A stretch of 63,584 bases of DNA, counting the filler, from Chiloscyllium plagiosum (lineage: Eukaryota), in the NCBI RefSeq assembly GCF_004010195.1. It is 3 parts of one record of this genome, joined end to end, with 100 filler letters (N's around TTAATTAATTAA, not from the genome) between each part and the next. Parts side by side here need not be neighbours in the genome. Positions count along the whole stretch, not along the records: positions 1 to 30,642 come from NC_057716.1; 2 more parts are not named here. One strand, 5' to 3'. Under the pieces are notes generated by a model. That model was given only the letters and a program-made list of their open reading frames with translations, was not told the DNA's origin and made no database searches. Of this stretch, positions 11,830 through 25,231 are shown one piece after another. The position numbers were made by a program, and so were the translations under genes. The stretch's first letter is position 1; the number at the start of each line of letters is the position of its first letter.

Positions 11830-14572
11830 TTACAGCAGTAATCAGAGATGAAATAACTGAAGATTCATCCAGTGAGGTTTTCGGGGTGGAGCTAAGAAAT
11901 AAGAAGGGGGTGGTAACGTTATTGAGGTTGTATTATTGGCCCTAAATAATCAATTAGAATTAGTGGAACAACTATGCAGGGAGACAGGGGAGATTTGCAG
12001 GAACAAGAGGGTTGCAATAATAGGAGATTGAAATGTTTCAAACATAGAATGGTACAACCAGAGCGTTAAGGATTAGATGGAGTGGAATTTGCTAAGTGTA
12101 TTCAGGAATGTTTCCTCAAGCATTTAATAAGGGGTCCTACACACAAAGGGGCAAAACATGAACTATGTTTGTGAAATAGGGCAGGATAGGTGACTGAGGT
12201 GACAGTGGGGGAGCACTTTTGGACCAGTGAACATGATTCTGTTAATTTCACAACAGTTTAGGAGAGTGATAATACTGGTCCATCGGTTCAGGTTCTAAAG
12301 TGGGATTAGACAAATTTTAACGGAACTCGGCATGATCTTGCGGGGTTGATGGGAGTAGTTTGTTTACAGGTAAACTGATCTCCGATAAGTGGGAGGCCTT
12401 TATAAGTGAGATAGTTAGAATTCAAGGTCTATATGTTGCTGTGAGGATAAACGTCAACGTTAGCAGGAAAAGGGAACCCAGGATGACAAGCGATATTGAG
12501 ACCGTGACCAGGAAAAGGAGGGATGCATCATTCAGGTATAGGCAGCTTGGAATAAGAGAAACCCTGAAGGTATACAAGGGATACAGGAGTTTACTGAAAA
12601 AGGAAATCAGGTGGGCGAATAGGGGGAACAAGATAGTCTTGGCTGAGAAGGTTAGGGTGAATCCAAAGAGGTTCTTTATTTATATTAAAGGAAAAGGAAT
12701 AACTAGAGAGAGAATAGGAGACCTTAAGGACCAAAGAAGAAATGTCTGTGTAGAACCAGGGTAAGGTTGTCAGTGAATATTTCTCCTTTGTGTTTACTGT
12801 GGAGAAACATTTGAATACCTTGGAACTTGGGGAAGATATTGGTGATATCTTGGGGACATTCTATATTAGTTGAAAATGTGTTGCTGGAAAAGCACAGCAG
12901 GTCAGGAAGAAGGGCTCATGCCCGAAACGTCGGTTCTCCTGCTCCTTGGATGCTGCCTGACCTGCTGCGCTTTTCCAGCAACACATTTTCAGCTCTGATC
13001 TCCAGCATCTGCAGTCCTCACTTTCTCCTAGACATTCTATATTACATTAGAAGAGGTGTTGGATGCATTAGAGTGCATGAATTTGGATACATGTCTTAGT
13101 CCTGACGAGATATATCCAGGAACACTGCAAGGGGCTCGAGAAGAAATTGCAGAACCTGTTAGCTACCGGTGAGGTCCCGAAAGACTGGAGAGTAGCGAAC
13201 GTTGTGACAATATTCAAGAAAGACTGCAAAGAAAAGCCTGGGAACTACAGACCAATAAGCTTGATGTTTGTGGTGGGTCCGTTTTCTGAGAAGATTCTGA
13301 GAGATAAGGCAGAAATGCATTTGGAGAGACAGGGTTTGTTTCAGAGTAATCAGCATGGCTTTGTACGTGGGAGATCAGCCTTACAAATTTGTTAGAGTAC
13401 TTTGATGAAGTAACCAAGAATGTTGATGAGGGCAGGGTGGTTGATGTCGTCTGTATAGATTTCAGAAAGGCCTTTGATAAGGTTCCCCTTGATAGACTGC
13501 TCTGGAAGGTTAGATCGCATGGAATCCAGGGCAATATGGCAAATTGGATACACAATTAGCTTGATGGTAATGAATAGATGGTAACAGTAGAAGGATGCAT
13601 TTATACTGGAGTGCTTCAGGGGTCGGGCTGGGTACATTGCTGTTTGTTACCTATATCAATGATTTGCATGAGCGTGCACAACACATGGTTGGTAAGTTTG
13701 CAGATGACAGTAAAATAGTTGGTAACAGGATATGAAAAATTGCAGTGGGAACTTGATTAGCTGGAGAAGTGGGCCAAGAAACGGCAAATGGAGTTTAATC
13801 CAGATAAGTGTGAGTTCTTGCATATTGGAAAGTCAAATCAAGATAGGAATTTCATGGTGAATGGGAGGACATTAAGGACTGTAGTGGAGTTCAGGTGTAC
13901 GCTTCTCTGAAAGCGGAGTCACAATTCGACAGGGCAGTGAAGAAGGCTTTTGGCACAAAGGCCTTCATGATTCAGGGCAGGAAGTACAGAATTTGGGAAA
14001 TTATGTTGCAGATGTGCAGTACGTTAATTAGGCTGCGCGTTGAGTATTGTGTTCAATTTTGGTCACCTAACTATAGGAAGGATGTTATTAAACTGGAAAT
14101 AAATTTACAAGTGTGTTGCCATGGTCCTAACGGTCTGAGCTACAGGGAAAGATTGGACAAGCGAATATTTTTCTTTTTACTGCCTAGGAGACTAAGAGGG
14201 GATCTTATAGAAGTCTATACGTTCACGAGTGGCATGGATAGAGTGAATGCACTCATTCTTTTCCCACTATTGGGGAAGCGAGGACTCGAGGCCATCAGTT
14301 TATTGTTAGAGGAGAAAAAATAAAAGGGAACCTGCAGGACAACTCTTTACTCAGACGGTGGTACGATTTTGGATTGAGTTGCCAGTGGACGTGGTTGGAG
14401 CGGGGATATTAACAGCTATTGAAAGATATTTGGATTAATACTTGGATAAGAAAGGTTGAGAAGGATATGGCCAATGTGCAGGGAAATGGGGTGAACGTAG
14501 ATGAATGGTTTGGTCGGCTTGGACCAGTTTACACAAAAGGGTCTGTCTCTGTGCTGTTGGGATTCTATAACC
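11830..14572 (+). mobile_element. Long decayed CR1/HER1 LINE ORF2 (APE-RT) with 3' UTR
   Basis: GEVPKDWRVANVVTIFKKDCKEKPGNYRPISL, NQHGFVRGRS, DFRKAFDKVP and RVEYCVQFWSPNYRKD, with many frameshifts. Confidence 0.92.
12869..13030. mobile_element. Short palindromic Penelope-derived insertion with 14-bp TSD
   Basis: Inverted arms (gaaaatgtgttgctggaaaagc / gcttttccagcaacacattttc); TSD gacattctatatta at 12855-12868 and 13031-13044. Confidence 0.85.
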
Positions 14573-15044
14573 ATTTGAATGTATGACTGTAGAGATTACA
14601 TGCAAACGGGATGTTTTTAATGTTTGGGGAGTCTAAAATATGTTTTAATGTTGGGTCAGATGGGAAAAATATTTATGAGTGAGATGAGAAAAGCCAAGAC
14701 ACTGGATATATTAAAGCATGAAACAGTTTGTTTTTAAATAGATCTTCAAGATAATCAAGTAGAAAGAAAAGAACGTGGGAATATGCTTTTGGTATTGATA
14801 ATATAATCGTATTGGATAGGGGAGCACGTTCAAACTGATTAATGCTGGATTTTTCCACCCAGTCTTGATGATTCCATGTTTGAATTCAGAGGGATCCCTG
14901 TTTCACTTCTTGTCACATATCTCCACCAATCACTACAATTTAAAACGTAACTGCATTGGTGATATTAAAAATAAACACAGGTCTCAGACTTTATCTCGTT
15001 CAGCATTAACAAGTTTGCCGAGTTTGCATATTAAGCGACATTGT

Positions 15045-17775
15045 AGAGCAGAGATAGGAATGATTATTGCAGGTTTCTGGATTTTGATGTTTCAATAAGA
15101 AGATGGAAGATGGTAAGAGATGGGATCGTTGGGGGGGGGGGAATGGTGTGGCATTATTAATCAAGGACAGTATCACAGTGGCAGAAAGGACGTTTGAGTG
15201 CTCTTCTGCTGAGGTAGTAAGAGCTGAGGTTAGAAACAGGGAAGGAGAGGTCACACTGTTGGGAGTTTTCTATAGGCCTCCGAATAGTTCCAGAGATGTA
15301 ATAGAAAGGATAGCAAAAATGATTCTTGATACGAGCGAGAGTGACAGCTTAATTGTTATGTGGGACTTTAATTTTCCAAATATTGACTGGGAATATTACA
15401 GTGCAAGTACTTTAGATGTGTCAGTTTTTGTCCAATGTGTACACGATATGTAGACAGACTAACAAGGAGCGATGCCACATTGGATTTGGTACTGGGTAAT
15501 GAATTGGACACGATTTTAGACTTGGAGGTAAGTGAGCACATTGGAGATAGCGACCACAATTTGATTATGTTTATTTTAGCGATGGAAAGGGATAGGTATA
15601 TACGGCAGGGCAAGAGTTGTATCTGCGAGAAAGCTAATTAAAAACATTAGACTGGAATGTTAATTAAGATGCAATGCGGCAAGATTTAGGATGCATAGGA
15701 TGGGGAAGGAAACTGCAGGGATTGTGTATAATTGCAATGTGGAGCTTATTCAAGGAACGGATACTGTGTGTCCTTTATAAGTATGTGCCTGTCAGATAGG
15801 AAGGAAGTGGTCGAGCGAGGTAGCCATGGTTTATTAAAGAAGTTGAATCTTTTGTCAAGAGGAAGAATAAGTCTGATGTTATGGTGAGACATGAAGGGCT
15901 CAGTTAGAGCGCTTAAGAGCTACGAATTAGCCAGGAAAGATCTAAAGAAAGATATAAAACGAGCCAGGAGAGGACATGAGAAGCCATTTGAAGATCGGAT
16001 CAAGGAAAATCTTAAGGACTTTTCTAGGTATTTCAGGAATAAAATGATGACTAGAGTAAGATTAGGGCCAATCAAAGATAGTAGTGGGAAGCTGTGCAGT
16101 GAGTCAGATGAGATGGGAATGCACTAAATAAATATTTTACGTCATTATTCACACTGGAAGAAGACGATGTTGTCGAGCACTATACTGAGATACAGGCCAC
16201 TAGACTAGATGGGACTGAGACTCAAATGGAAGAGGTGTGAGCAATTCTGGAAATCGTCAAAATAAATAAGTCCCCTGAGTTGTATGGGTTTATCCTACAA
16301 TTCTCTGGAAAGCCAGGAAGAGGATTGCAGACTCTTTGGCTTTGATCTTTATGTCGTCATTGTCTACAGGAATCGTGCTAGAAAACTGGAGGATAGCAAA
16401 TGCTGTTCTCTTGTTCCAGAAGGGGAGTAGAGACAATCCTGGGAATGATATACCAGTGAGCCTTACTTTATGTATGGATAAAGCATTGGAAAATGTAATA
16501 AGTTATAGGATTTAACATCATCTAGATAGGAATAAGTCGATAGGACTAGTAAACATGGTTTTATGAAGGGTGGGTCGTGCTTCACAAACCCGATTGAGTT
16601 ATTTGACAAGTTGACCAAACAGCTGGATGGGGGTACAGCGGTTGATATGGTGTATATGGATTTCAGTAAAGCATTTGATAAGGTTGCTCACAAAATATGG
16701 AGACATGGGTTTGAGTGTTGTTTAGTGGTTTTGATCAGAAGTTGGCTAGATGACAGAAGACAGAGAGTGGTGATTGATGGGAAATGTTCATCCAGGTGTT
16801 CAGCTACCAGTGGGGTACCGCAAGGATCTATTTTGGGTCCACTGTTCTTTGACATTTTTGAAAAATGAGCTGGATGAGGGCATAGAAAGATTGGTTAGTA
16901 AATTTGCAGATAATACTAATGTCAGTATAGTTGTGGATCGTGCCGAATGATGTTGTAGGTTGCAGAGGGACATAGATAAGATGCAGAGATGTGCTGAGTG
17001 ATGGCAAAAGGAGATTAATGCAGAAAAGTATGCGGTAATTCACTTTGAATGGAGTAACACGAATGCAGAGAACTAGGTTAATGGTAAGATTCTTTGCAAG
17101 GTAGATGAACAGAGAGATCTCGGTGTCCATGTACATAGATCCCTGAAAGTTCGAACCCAGCTTGATCGGGTTATTAATAAGGCATACGGTGTGTTAGCCT
17201 TTATTAGTGGAGAGATTGAGTTTCGGAGCCATGAGGTCATGCCGCAGCTGTATAAAAATCTGGTGCGGCTGCACGCGTCACCGCATTATATAAAGGATGT
17301 GGAAGTTTCAGAAAGGGTTCAGAGGAGATTTACACGAATGATGCTCAATATGGAGGTAAGGTCTTACGAGGAAAGGCTGAGGGATTTGAGACTGTTTTAG
17401 TTGGAGAGAAGAAGGCTGAGAGGTGATTTAACTGAGACATATAAGGTAATCAGACGGTTAGAAACGGTGGACAGTTAAAGCCTTTTTTTCCACGGATGAT
17501 GATCGCTAGCACAAGGGAACATCGTTTTACATTGAGGCGGGTAGATATAGGACAGATGTCCGAGATAGTTTCGGTACCCAGAGCGTAGTAGGAGTGTAGA
17601 ATGACCTGCCTGCAGCAAAAGTAGACATGCGAACTTTAAGGATATTGAAATGACCTTTGGATAGACATAAGGATGAAAATGCAATCGTGTAGGTTAGATT
17701 TTTTTTTAAGTTGGCTCTGTAGGTTAGCACCTCATCGAGGGCCAAAGGGCCTATACTGTGCTGTAATATTCTAGG
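15045..17775 (+). mobile_element. Near-complete decayed CR1/HER1 LINE ORF2
   Basis: GGGNGVALLIKD, GVFYRPPNS, DFNFPNIDW and LDLVL...SDHN (APE); VYMDFSKAFDKV and SGVPQGSILGPLFF (RT). Confidence 0.93.
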
Positions 17776-18119
17776 TAATATTGATGAAAAGGACGTCATC
17801 CGAAATGTAATTGTACAGGAATATGCATAGAAACTAGAAGCTGATGAGGGTCATTTGGCCCCTCGCTTTCTGACATTCACAAGATAGTGATTGATTCCTT
17901 TCTTATTTGTATCCAACATTCTCCTCTACCCTAAAAATGCTTGATCACCTTCTAAAACAGGATTATGAATACATGCACCCCCACCCTTAAAAATATGCAA
18001 ATAATCAATTTCCATCACATTTTTATGGTTTGACAAATGTAATGATAGGTCAGATGAACAAGTTGAAGCAAATGTATGAGGTGATTTTTAGGCATACATA
18101 GGATGAACATTTAGAGTCA

Positions 18120-18436
18120 TTGAGTCAGAGAGATGTGCAGCACAGATACACACCCTTCAGTCCAACCCATCCATGCCGATCAGTTATCCTAAATAAATCT
18201 CATCCCATTTGCCAGCAACTGTCAACTATCCGTTAAACACTTCCTATTCATATTCCCATCCAGATGACTTTTAAATGCTGTAATTGTACCAGCCTCCATC
18301 ACTGCCTTTGGCAGCTCATTCTATAGACGCAACACCCTCTGCATGAAAATATTGCCCCATATGTCTCTGTTCTATCTTTCTCCTCTCACCCTAAGCCTAT
18401 GCCCTCACTCCAGAGAAAATACTTTGTCTATTTATC
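18120..18436 (-). mobile_element. CR1 LINE 3' end
   Basis: Reverse complement of the CR1 3' UTR/ORF2 end seen elsewhere in the window. Confidence 0.75.
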
Positions 18437-18560
18437 CTGTTATGAAAGTGTAGATGTACTGTACCTTTAGGAGATTTGAAGAGCCAGCAAGGACTTCCTA
18501 ACGCAGTACAAATTGCTCTGAACGAGGTAACAATGTAAAACTAGGTCAAAACCTAGTTTT

Positions 18561-18879
18561 GGGGACGGCACGGTGGCACAGTGGTTAGCACTGCTGCCTC
18601 ACAGCGCCTGACACCCGGGTTCAATTCCCGCCTCAGGCGACTGACTGTGTCGAGTTTGCACATTCGTCCCGTGTCTGCGTGGGTTTCCTCTAGGTGCTCC
18701 GGTTTCCTCCCACAATCCAAAGATGTGCAGGTCAGGTGAATTGGCCATGCTAAATTGCCCGTTGTGTTAGGTAATGGGTAAATGTCGGGATGTGGGTGGG
18801 TTGTGCTTCGGCGGGTCGGTGTGGACTTGTTGGGCCGTAGGGCCTGTTTCCACACTGTAATGTAATCTAATCTAATCTA
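18561..18879 (+). mobile_element. Full-length HE1-type SINE (young)
   Basis: Head ggcacggtggcacagtggttagcactgctgcctcacagcgcc...gggttcaattccc, conserved core, and (TAATC)n tail; near-identical to 37648-37966. Confidence 0.95.
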
Positions 18880-21030
18880 CAGCGATTAGATTATATTAAT
18901 GAGATGTGCTGAGTGATGGCAAAAGGAGATTAATGCAGAAATGTATGAGGTAATTCACTTTGGATGGAGTAACACGAATGCAGAGAACTAGGTTAATGGT
19001 AAGATTCTTTGCAAGGTAGATGAACAGAGAGATCTCAGTGTCCATGTACATAGATCCCTGAAAGTTCGAACCCAGCTTGATAGGGTTATTAAGAAGGCAT
19101 ACGGTGTGTTAGCCTTTATTAGTGTAGAGATTGAGTTTCGGAGCCATGAGGTCATGCCGCAGCTGTATAAAAATCTGTTGCGGCTGTACGCGTCACCGCA
19201 TTATATAAAGGATGTGAAAGTTTCAGAAAGGGTTCAGAGGAGATTTACAAGAATGATGCTCAATATGGAGACAAGGTCTTACGAGGAAAGGCTGAGGGAT
19301 TTGAGACTGTTTTAGTTAGAGAGACGAAGGCTGAGAGGTGATTTAACTGAGACATATAAGGTAATCAGACGGTTAGAAACGGTGGACAGTTAAAGCCTTT
19401 TTTCCATGGATGAAGATGGCTCGCACGAGGGGACATCGTTTTACATTGAGACCTGTAGATATAGGACAGATGTCCGAGATATTTTCGGTACTCAGAGCAT
19501 GGGAGGGGTGTAGAATGACCTGCCTGTGGCAAAAGTAGACATGCGAACTTTAAGGACATTTAAATGACCTTTGGATAGACATAAGGATGAAAATGCAATA
19601 GGGTAGGTTAGATGGTTCATTTGATGTTGGCTCTGTATGTCGGCACGTCATCGAGGGCCAAAGGGCCTATACTGTGCTGTAATGTTCTAGGTAATATTGA
19701 TGAAAAGGAGGTCATCCGGAAAGTAAGTGTACAGGAATATGCATAGAAACTAGAAGCTGATGAGGGCTATTTGGCCCCTCACTTTCTGACATTCAACAAG
19801 ATCGTGATTAACTCCTTTCTGATTTGTATCCAACATTCTCCTCTACCCTCAAAATGGTTGATCCCCTTCTTAACAGGAATTTGAATACATGCACCCCCAC
19901 CCTTAAAAATATGCAAATGATCAATTTCCATCACATTTTTATGATTTTTAAAACGTAATGATAGGTCAGATGAACAAGATGAAGCAAATGTATGAGATGA
20001 GGATTTGCGAAATCGACCATTAGAAGAAAGAAAATCAGATGAGAGACGCAAGAGTTATTGGATTCAATGCAATCTGGGTGCACTTCTGCTTTATTTGCAA
20101 AACGTTTTATGCAGGTACAATAGTAATGAGGCAACGTCACAGAATTGTATCCGCTATTGTGAGAAAAATTGAATATAAATGTACATGTTAATGTTTCAGT
20201 TGTGTCAGGTACTGGGTGTTGGGAAGTTCAGTTGCCGAGATAGCTAGTTTATCAAACAGAACGATAGTAATAGTATTGTTTTAATCACTGCTATCATTAA
20301 GGAAATTGATAGTTTAATTTAGTATAACATGTCTGTAGAGAAGATCCGCTGAAAGAGATGCATCTTGGAACTATTTTTGGGATGATGAACTTTAACCAGT
20401 GCGGTGCCACAGGGATCAGTGCTGGGGCCAGAATTATTAACTGCACAATGACTTGGGTGATAGAAATGAAAGATAAAAGTGGGAAGGCAAATAGCGAAGA
20501 TGATGCAAGGAGTTTAACATGAGATAGAAAAAACTAAGGTGAGTGCACACAAAGTTGGCATCTGACATATATCATTGGAACGTTTGTACTGATTAACATT
20601 GTCAGGCAAAATGGAAGAGTTGAATCTAATTTACAAGAGAACGGACGCAGGAATTTCAGGCCCTCGGCTTGACAGTCAAAAAGTTGGCAGGCAATTCAGC
20701 AAAAACAGAAAATTGGATCGCACTAATAGGAATATGTTCAAATGTGGTGGTGCATAAATATCATTCTAAACATATACACGTTTCTATCCAGATTGAACCT
20801 GCACAAATGTGAACTGTTCTGGTCTGTTCCAAAGGAAATATGTAGAGGAGATAATAGACGTGTTGGTAGCAGATGGGAGAAGCTCCACAGAATTAATCCT
20901 GAGAATTGAGATATTTTCTAATGGAGTGAGCTTGAGTAGCTTAGTCAAAAACTCATTGGAGTTTGGAAGAATGAGAGGAGATCTTAATGAAAACAAAATC
21001 AGATTCTTAGTAGGTTTGACAGGCTCATTG

Positions 21031-21204
21031 AGGAGAAAGTGAGGACTGCAGATGCTGGCGATCAGAGTTGAAATGTGTTGCTGGAAAAGCGCAGCAGGTC
21101 AGGCAGCATCCAGGGAACAGGTTAATCGACGTTTCGGACGTTTCCTGAAGAAGGGCTTATGCCCGAAACGTCGATTCTCCTGTTCCCTGGATGCTGCCTG
21201 ACCT
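21031..21204. mobile_element. Short palindromic Penelope-derived insertion with 16-bp TSD and hammerhead-like core
   Basis: TSD tttgacaggctcattg at 21015-21030 and 21205-21220; CTGAAGA-agggcttatgccc-GAAA-c-GTC at 21145-21172. Confidence 0.85.
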
Positions 21205-22404
21205 TTTGACAGGCTCATTGTCAACAAGGTTGTCTCCATTTGTGGGAGAGTCCAGGACCACAGGGTATAGCCTCAATCAAAGGGAGCATATCTTTAAGAT
21301 GGAGGTGAGGAGTACCTTCTGTCTCAGAGGGTGACTGAATAATAGGCCTGTTGAAACCCTGTCGCTAAGTCTAATCAATGCAGATGGTGGACTGATTTCT
21401 AAGCAGTAAGGGAATCAACAGCTTTGGGGCTAAGGCAAGAAGGCGGATTTGAGGATCACCAATTAGCCATGATGGTAATGAATTGTGGAGCAGACTTGAT
21501 TTGCTGAATAGACTATGTTGGCTCACGATCCGATAAACATCCTATTGGATCCTGACAGATTACCTGTTGATAGATTGCTTCGACTTAGCGTAACATGCAA
21601 ACTTATTGTTCATTTGTTAAACATGAGGAATCATCCATTCAAAACATCAATTAATTCTCCTTTCTGCAGGTGGTTTTATTTTGGATTTCTCTACCTGAAA
21701 ATTTAGTGGAAGCAGAGACGCTAAACATCTTTTTAAGGCAGAAGTAGATAGATTCTAGGTCAGGAAAGGGCTGAACAGATTTGCAGAATAGTTGGGAATG
21801 CAGGTTCAATGTAATAACCAGCTCAGCGTGATCTTATTAAATCAGGGTAAGCACAAGGAGCTGAATGGCATGCTCCCAGTTAGGATGCCTACCTTTGTAC
21901 ATTCTTTGACATAGTGCTAAAAAATTGTACACAACTCATTTCTGATATCAAAAGATAAATAGCAATGTTAAAACTGTAGGTGGACGCAACAATAATATAC
22001 ATAATCATTGTCATATGCACATTCGTAATATTGTACAGCACTTTATAAATTAATTCCTCTCTCCTGAGCACACTCATGTGAACAAGTCCAGCTTATCACC
22101 TTTTCTCAAAAGATAACCAGAATATCTGAAGCTTCAAATGAGTAAACCATTTTCTGGACAGCATACAAGGTATTTTCATACTTACAAAAACGACTACCAA
22201 ATCTGCAAATAGGATTCAAGATGTAAACTCACGAATTCCTACATAGCTGTAGTCCATCCTTACTGAAATGTTCAATACCACTCCCCCACCCCCATCTCCG
22301 CACACACAGACAATGAGGGAGCTGTGCTCTGTATCTTACACAGGCCATGCTTTCGTTTTGGTGATCAATCTTTTGGAAGCTGTAACATTGTCTAAATATT
22401 GAAG

Positions 22405-22765
22405 GAGAAAATGAGGGCTGCAGATGCTGGAGATCAGAGCTGAAAATGTGTTGCTGGAAAAGCGCAGCATGTCAGGCAGCATCCAAGGAACAGGAGAATC
22501 GACGTTTCGGGCATAAGCCCTTCTTAGGGAATGAGGAAAGTGTGTCCAGCAGGCTAAGATAAAAGGTAGGGAGGAGGGACTTGGGGGAGGGGCGTTGGAA
22601 ATGCGATAGGTAGAGGGAGGTCAAGGTGAGGGTGATAGGCCGGAGTGGGGTGGGGGCGAAGAGGTCAGGAAGAAGATTGCAGGTTAGGAAGGCGGTGCTG
22701 AGTTCGAGGGATTTGAATGAGACAAGGTAGGGGGAGGGGAAATGAGGAAACTGGACAAATCTGAG
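22405..22765 (-). mobile_element. Penelope-like element 3' end/pLTR with 11-bp TSD
   Basis: TSD aaatattgaag at 22394-22404 and 22766-22776; same terminal sequence as the 12869 and 21031 elements. Confidence 0.82.
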
Positions 22766-22929
22766 AAATATTGAAGTCCTTATTCTAAGTATCATATAAA
22801 TGATAGAATTAGTGACATGCTCTTTTTTATATAAATTCATTTCTATTTCTGCCTTCTGCGCCATTCCTGAATTAATCAGTACTAACTGTTCTGTTATAAC
22901 ACAGGAGCCCGTATCATCAAACTCTGCTG

Positions 22930-23520
22930 TGATCTCCCACATTTACTGACTTTATTCCTCTCCCAGCTTTTACCTGATCTGAACAAGTTTGTGTACAATC
23001 TCAGCATTCCACTTTAAAGTGAATTGAGTTTCTTCCTAATTTTCATATCTGTCACCAAAACCTTCCCTATTTCCCAGCTCAATTGCAGCCTCGATCTGTA
23101 TCCCTGCCTTAGACACTTTGCTTCTGAAAACGTCAGCCATGTCTAGGTCTGCTCCAGTCTCAACTATTCTAATAATCGTCTCATTGGCGTCTCACTTCAT
23201 ACTCTCCATGAACCTCAGTTTATCCTCAACTCTGCTGCTTGCTCATCAATTCACACGGAGGCTAATTCACTTATCACCCCTATAATCGTTGACCTGGAGT
23301 GGCTTTTGGTATGGTAATATCTCATCTTAAAGTTCTCATTCTTATCAGTGTCTCTCTCTCTCTGACATCACTTCTCCAATTAGTCTCATTCCTCAAATAA
23401 TTTCTCATAGATCCTTCAAAGTTGTGCTTAAAATGAATGTGTTTCTCTCTGTTTCCCTCCTTGACCGTGATTTGAGCCCCATACAGATGGTGGTACTGTG
23501 TCATTGCTTGTATTTTCTTT
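22930..23520 (+). mobile_element. Old L2-like LINE fragment
   Basis: Degenerate ITPxxxDLxWL-type motif (atcacccctataatcgttgacctggagtggctt). Confidence 0.45.
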
Positions 23521-23719
23521 CATTTATGAAAGCGTCACACGTGAAGCTCCCTGTCAGACAGGGATATCAGCAACTTTGACTCATGACTTTCACAATTATT
23601 CTCTGTAAATCCATTGAAGCTCCATGTTAGTCATCGACATCTGATCATACTTGAATCCACATGGGAAAGCCCCTTGGAGGTTTGAGAAGAATCAGGCATG
23701 AATTACAGACTTTTGTCTG

Positions 23720-24118
23720 CAGGTGCAAGAAGTGGTTAGGAAGGCAAATGTAATTTTCTCCTTCATTGCGAAAGGGGTTGAGTTTAAAAGCAGAGAGGTA
23801 ATGTTGCAGATGGACAAGGTGCTGGTGAGATCTCATCTGCAGTACCGTGTGCAGATTTTGTCTCTGTACTTGAGAAGGGATGTACTGGCACTGGAGGAGC
23901 TTCAGAGGAGGTTGATTCCAGCATTGAGTGGGATTGATTTGTGAGGAGAGACTGACTGAGGAGATTGAGATTATATTAATTGCAATTCAGAACAATGAGG
24001 GGGATCTTAGAGAAACAAGTAAAATAATGACGGGAATGGGTCAGATAGAAATAAAGAGGATGTTTCCACTGACAGGTGAAGCTAGGATAAGAGGGCATCG
24101 CTGAAAGATTAGAGAAGC
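23720..24118 (+). mobile_element. CR1 LINE fragment
   Basis: KGVEFKSREVMLQMDKVLVRSHLQYRVQILSLYLRRDVLALEELQRR. Confidence 0.85.
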
Positions 24119-24129
24119 ATGAGTGTGAG

Positions 24130-24478
24130 ACGTTAGTCTTGTGGTGTTATCGCTGGATTGTTAATCCATAGACCCTGATAACGTTATGAGTTCAAATCCT
24201 GCCACGGCAGATGGTGAAAATTGATTTCAATAAAAACAATCTCGAATGAAGAATCTCATGATGACCATTAATCCATTGTCAATTGTTGGGCAAACCTCTC
24301 TTGTTCACTAAAGTCCTTTAGGGAAGGAATCTGTCATCCTTACCTGGTCTGACCTTCATGTGATTCCAGTCCCACAGCAATGTGGTTGACTCCTAACTGA
24401 CCTCTGTGCAATTAGGGATAAGCAACTAATGCTGACCTAGCCAGTGGTTCCCCAATTCCGTGAACAAATTTAAAAAAC
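24130..24478 (+). mobile_element. Second tRNA-derived SINE family (non-HE1)
   Basis: B-box gagttcaaatcc, body tttagggaaggaatctg..cttacctggtctg..caatgtggttgactc, and an A-rich end; a diverged reverse copy lies at ~31690-32010. Confidence 0.65.
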
Positions 24479-25231
24479 ATCAAAAAGGAATTGATGAGAT
24501 GGTAAACTTTGTATGATTTGCAAATGTAGTCAGGGTGAGTACCCAATGAAAACAAAGGCACACAAATGATGAAAACTGCTGGATGACCAGAGGTTTGGGA
24601 CTATTTTTTAAAGCCCATCAGTTGAAAGACGTAAAGCGAATAAAGTTGGAGACAATTGATTTTGGAAGGTCAATTGTTGCAAAGTATAAACAAAAATAGC
24701 ACCAGTCTCCATGTGCAAATCAAAATAAGAAAAGAAAAAATAATAGCTAAAACCTTTTTTGGAACAATTGGAAGATGACATCGGGAAATTCCACACAGGA
24801 AAAACGGAAACTCTCAAATAACTCAAACAACCATTTTATATTGGTTGTGACACTTTTTCGACAGAGAATATCCCAAAGGATCACAGGCCTTATCTTCAGG
24901 ACAGCCCGTTTGATAAAGGATATGATTACGGATAAACTATCCAACAAAAGCTAGTTGCCTGTTTCCTGGATTTCCAAAGAATGTGGTCCAGAAATATTCC
25001 TAGCATTTGTTGAAATATTACTACAGTCCAAGGGGATTTTAGTGGATTCAAAGGTCTTACTGTGATGCCTGTCTTCAACGAGGGAGGAAGGCAGAAATCA
25101 GGAAAATAAACGCCAGGTAGCCTTCTGTCTATTATTAGTATACTGCTAGAGACAATTATTCAGGAAAATAAAGTGTGATTTTCAATAATGTAATGGAATC
25201 AACAGACTCAATAGAGTTATCTGAAAAGGCG

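Larger units (their letters stand above)
16986..19996. repeat. Interrupted local duplication: 16986-18080 is copied at 18901-19996
   Basis: Paired ORFs at 17191/19106; both copies share the same internal deletion (cggctg(c/t)acgcgtcaccgc) and the same non-LINE flank. Confidence 0.93.

Noticed and set aside
18561..18640. tRNA gene
   Set aside because: It is a tRNA-derived SINE head that runs straight into the SINE body.
18553..18855. Repeated ORF family MWKQALRPNKSTPT (also 37672)
   Set aside because: This is the antisense reading of non-coding HE1 SINEs.
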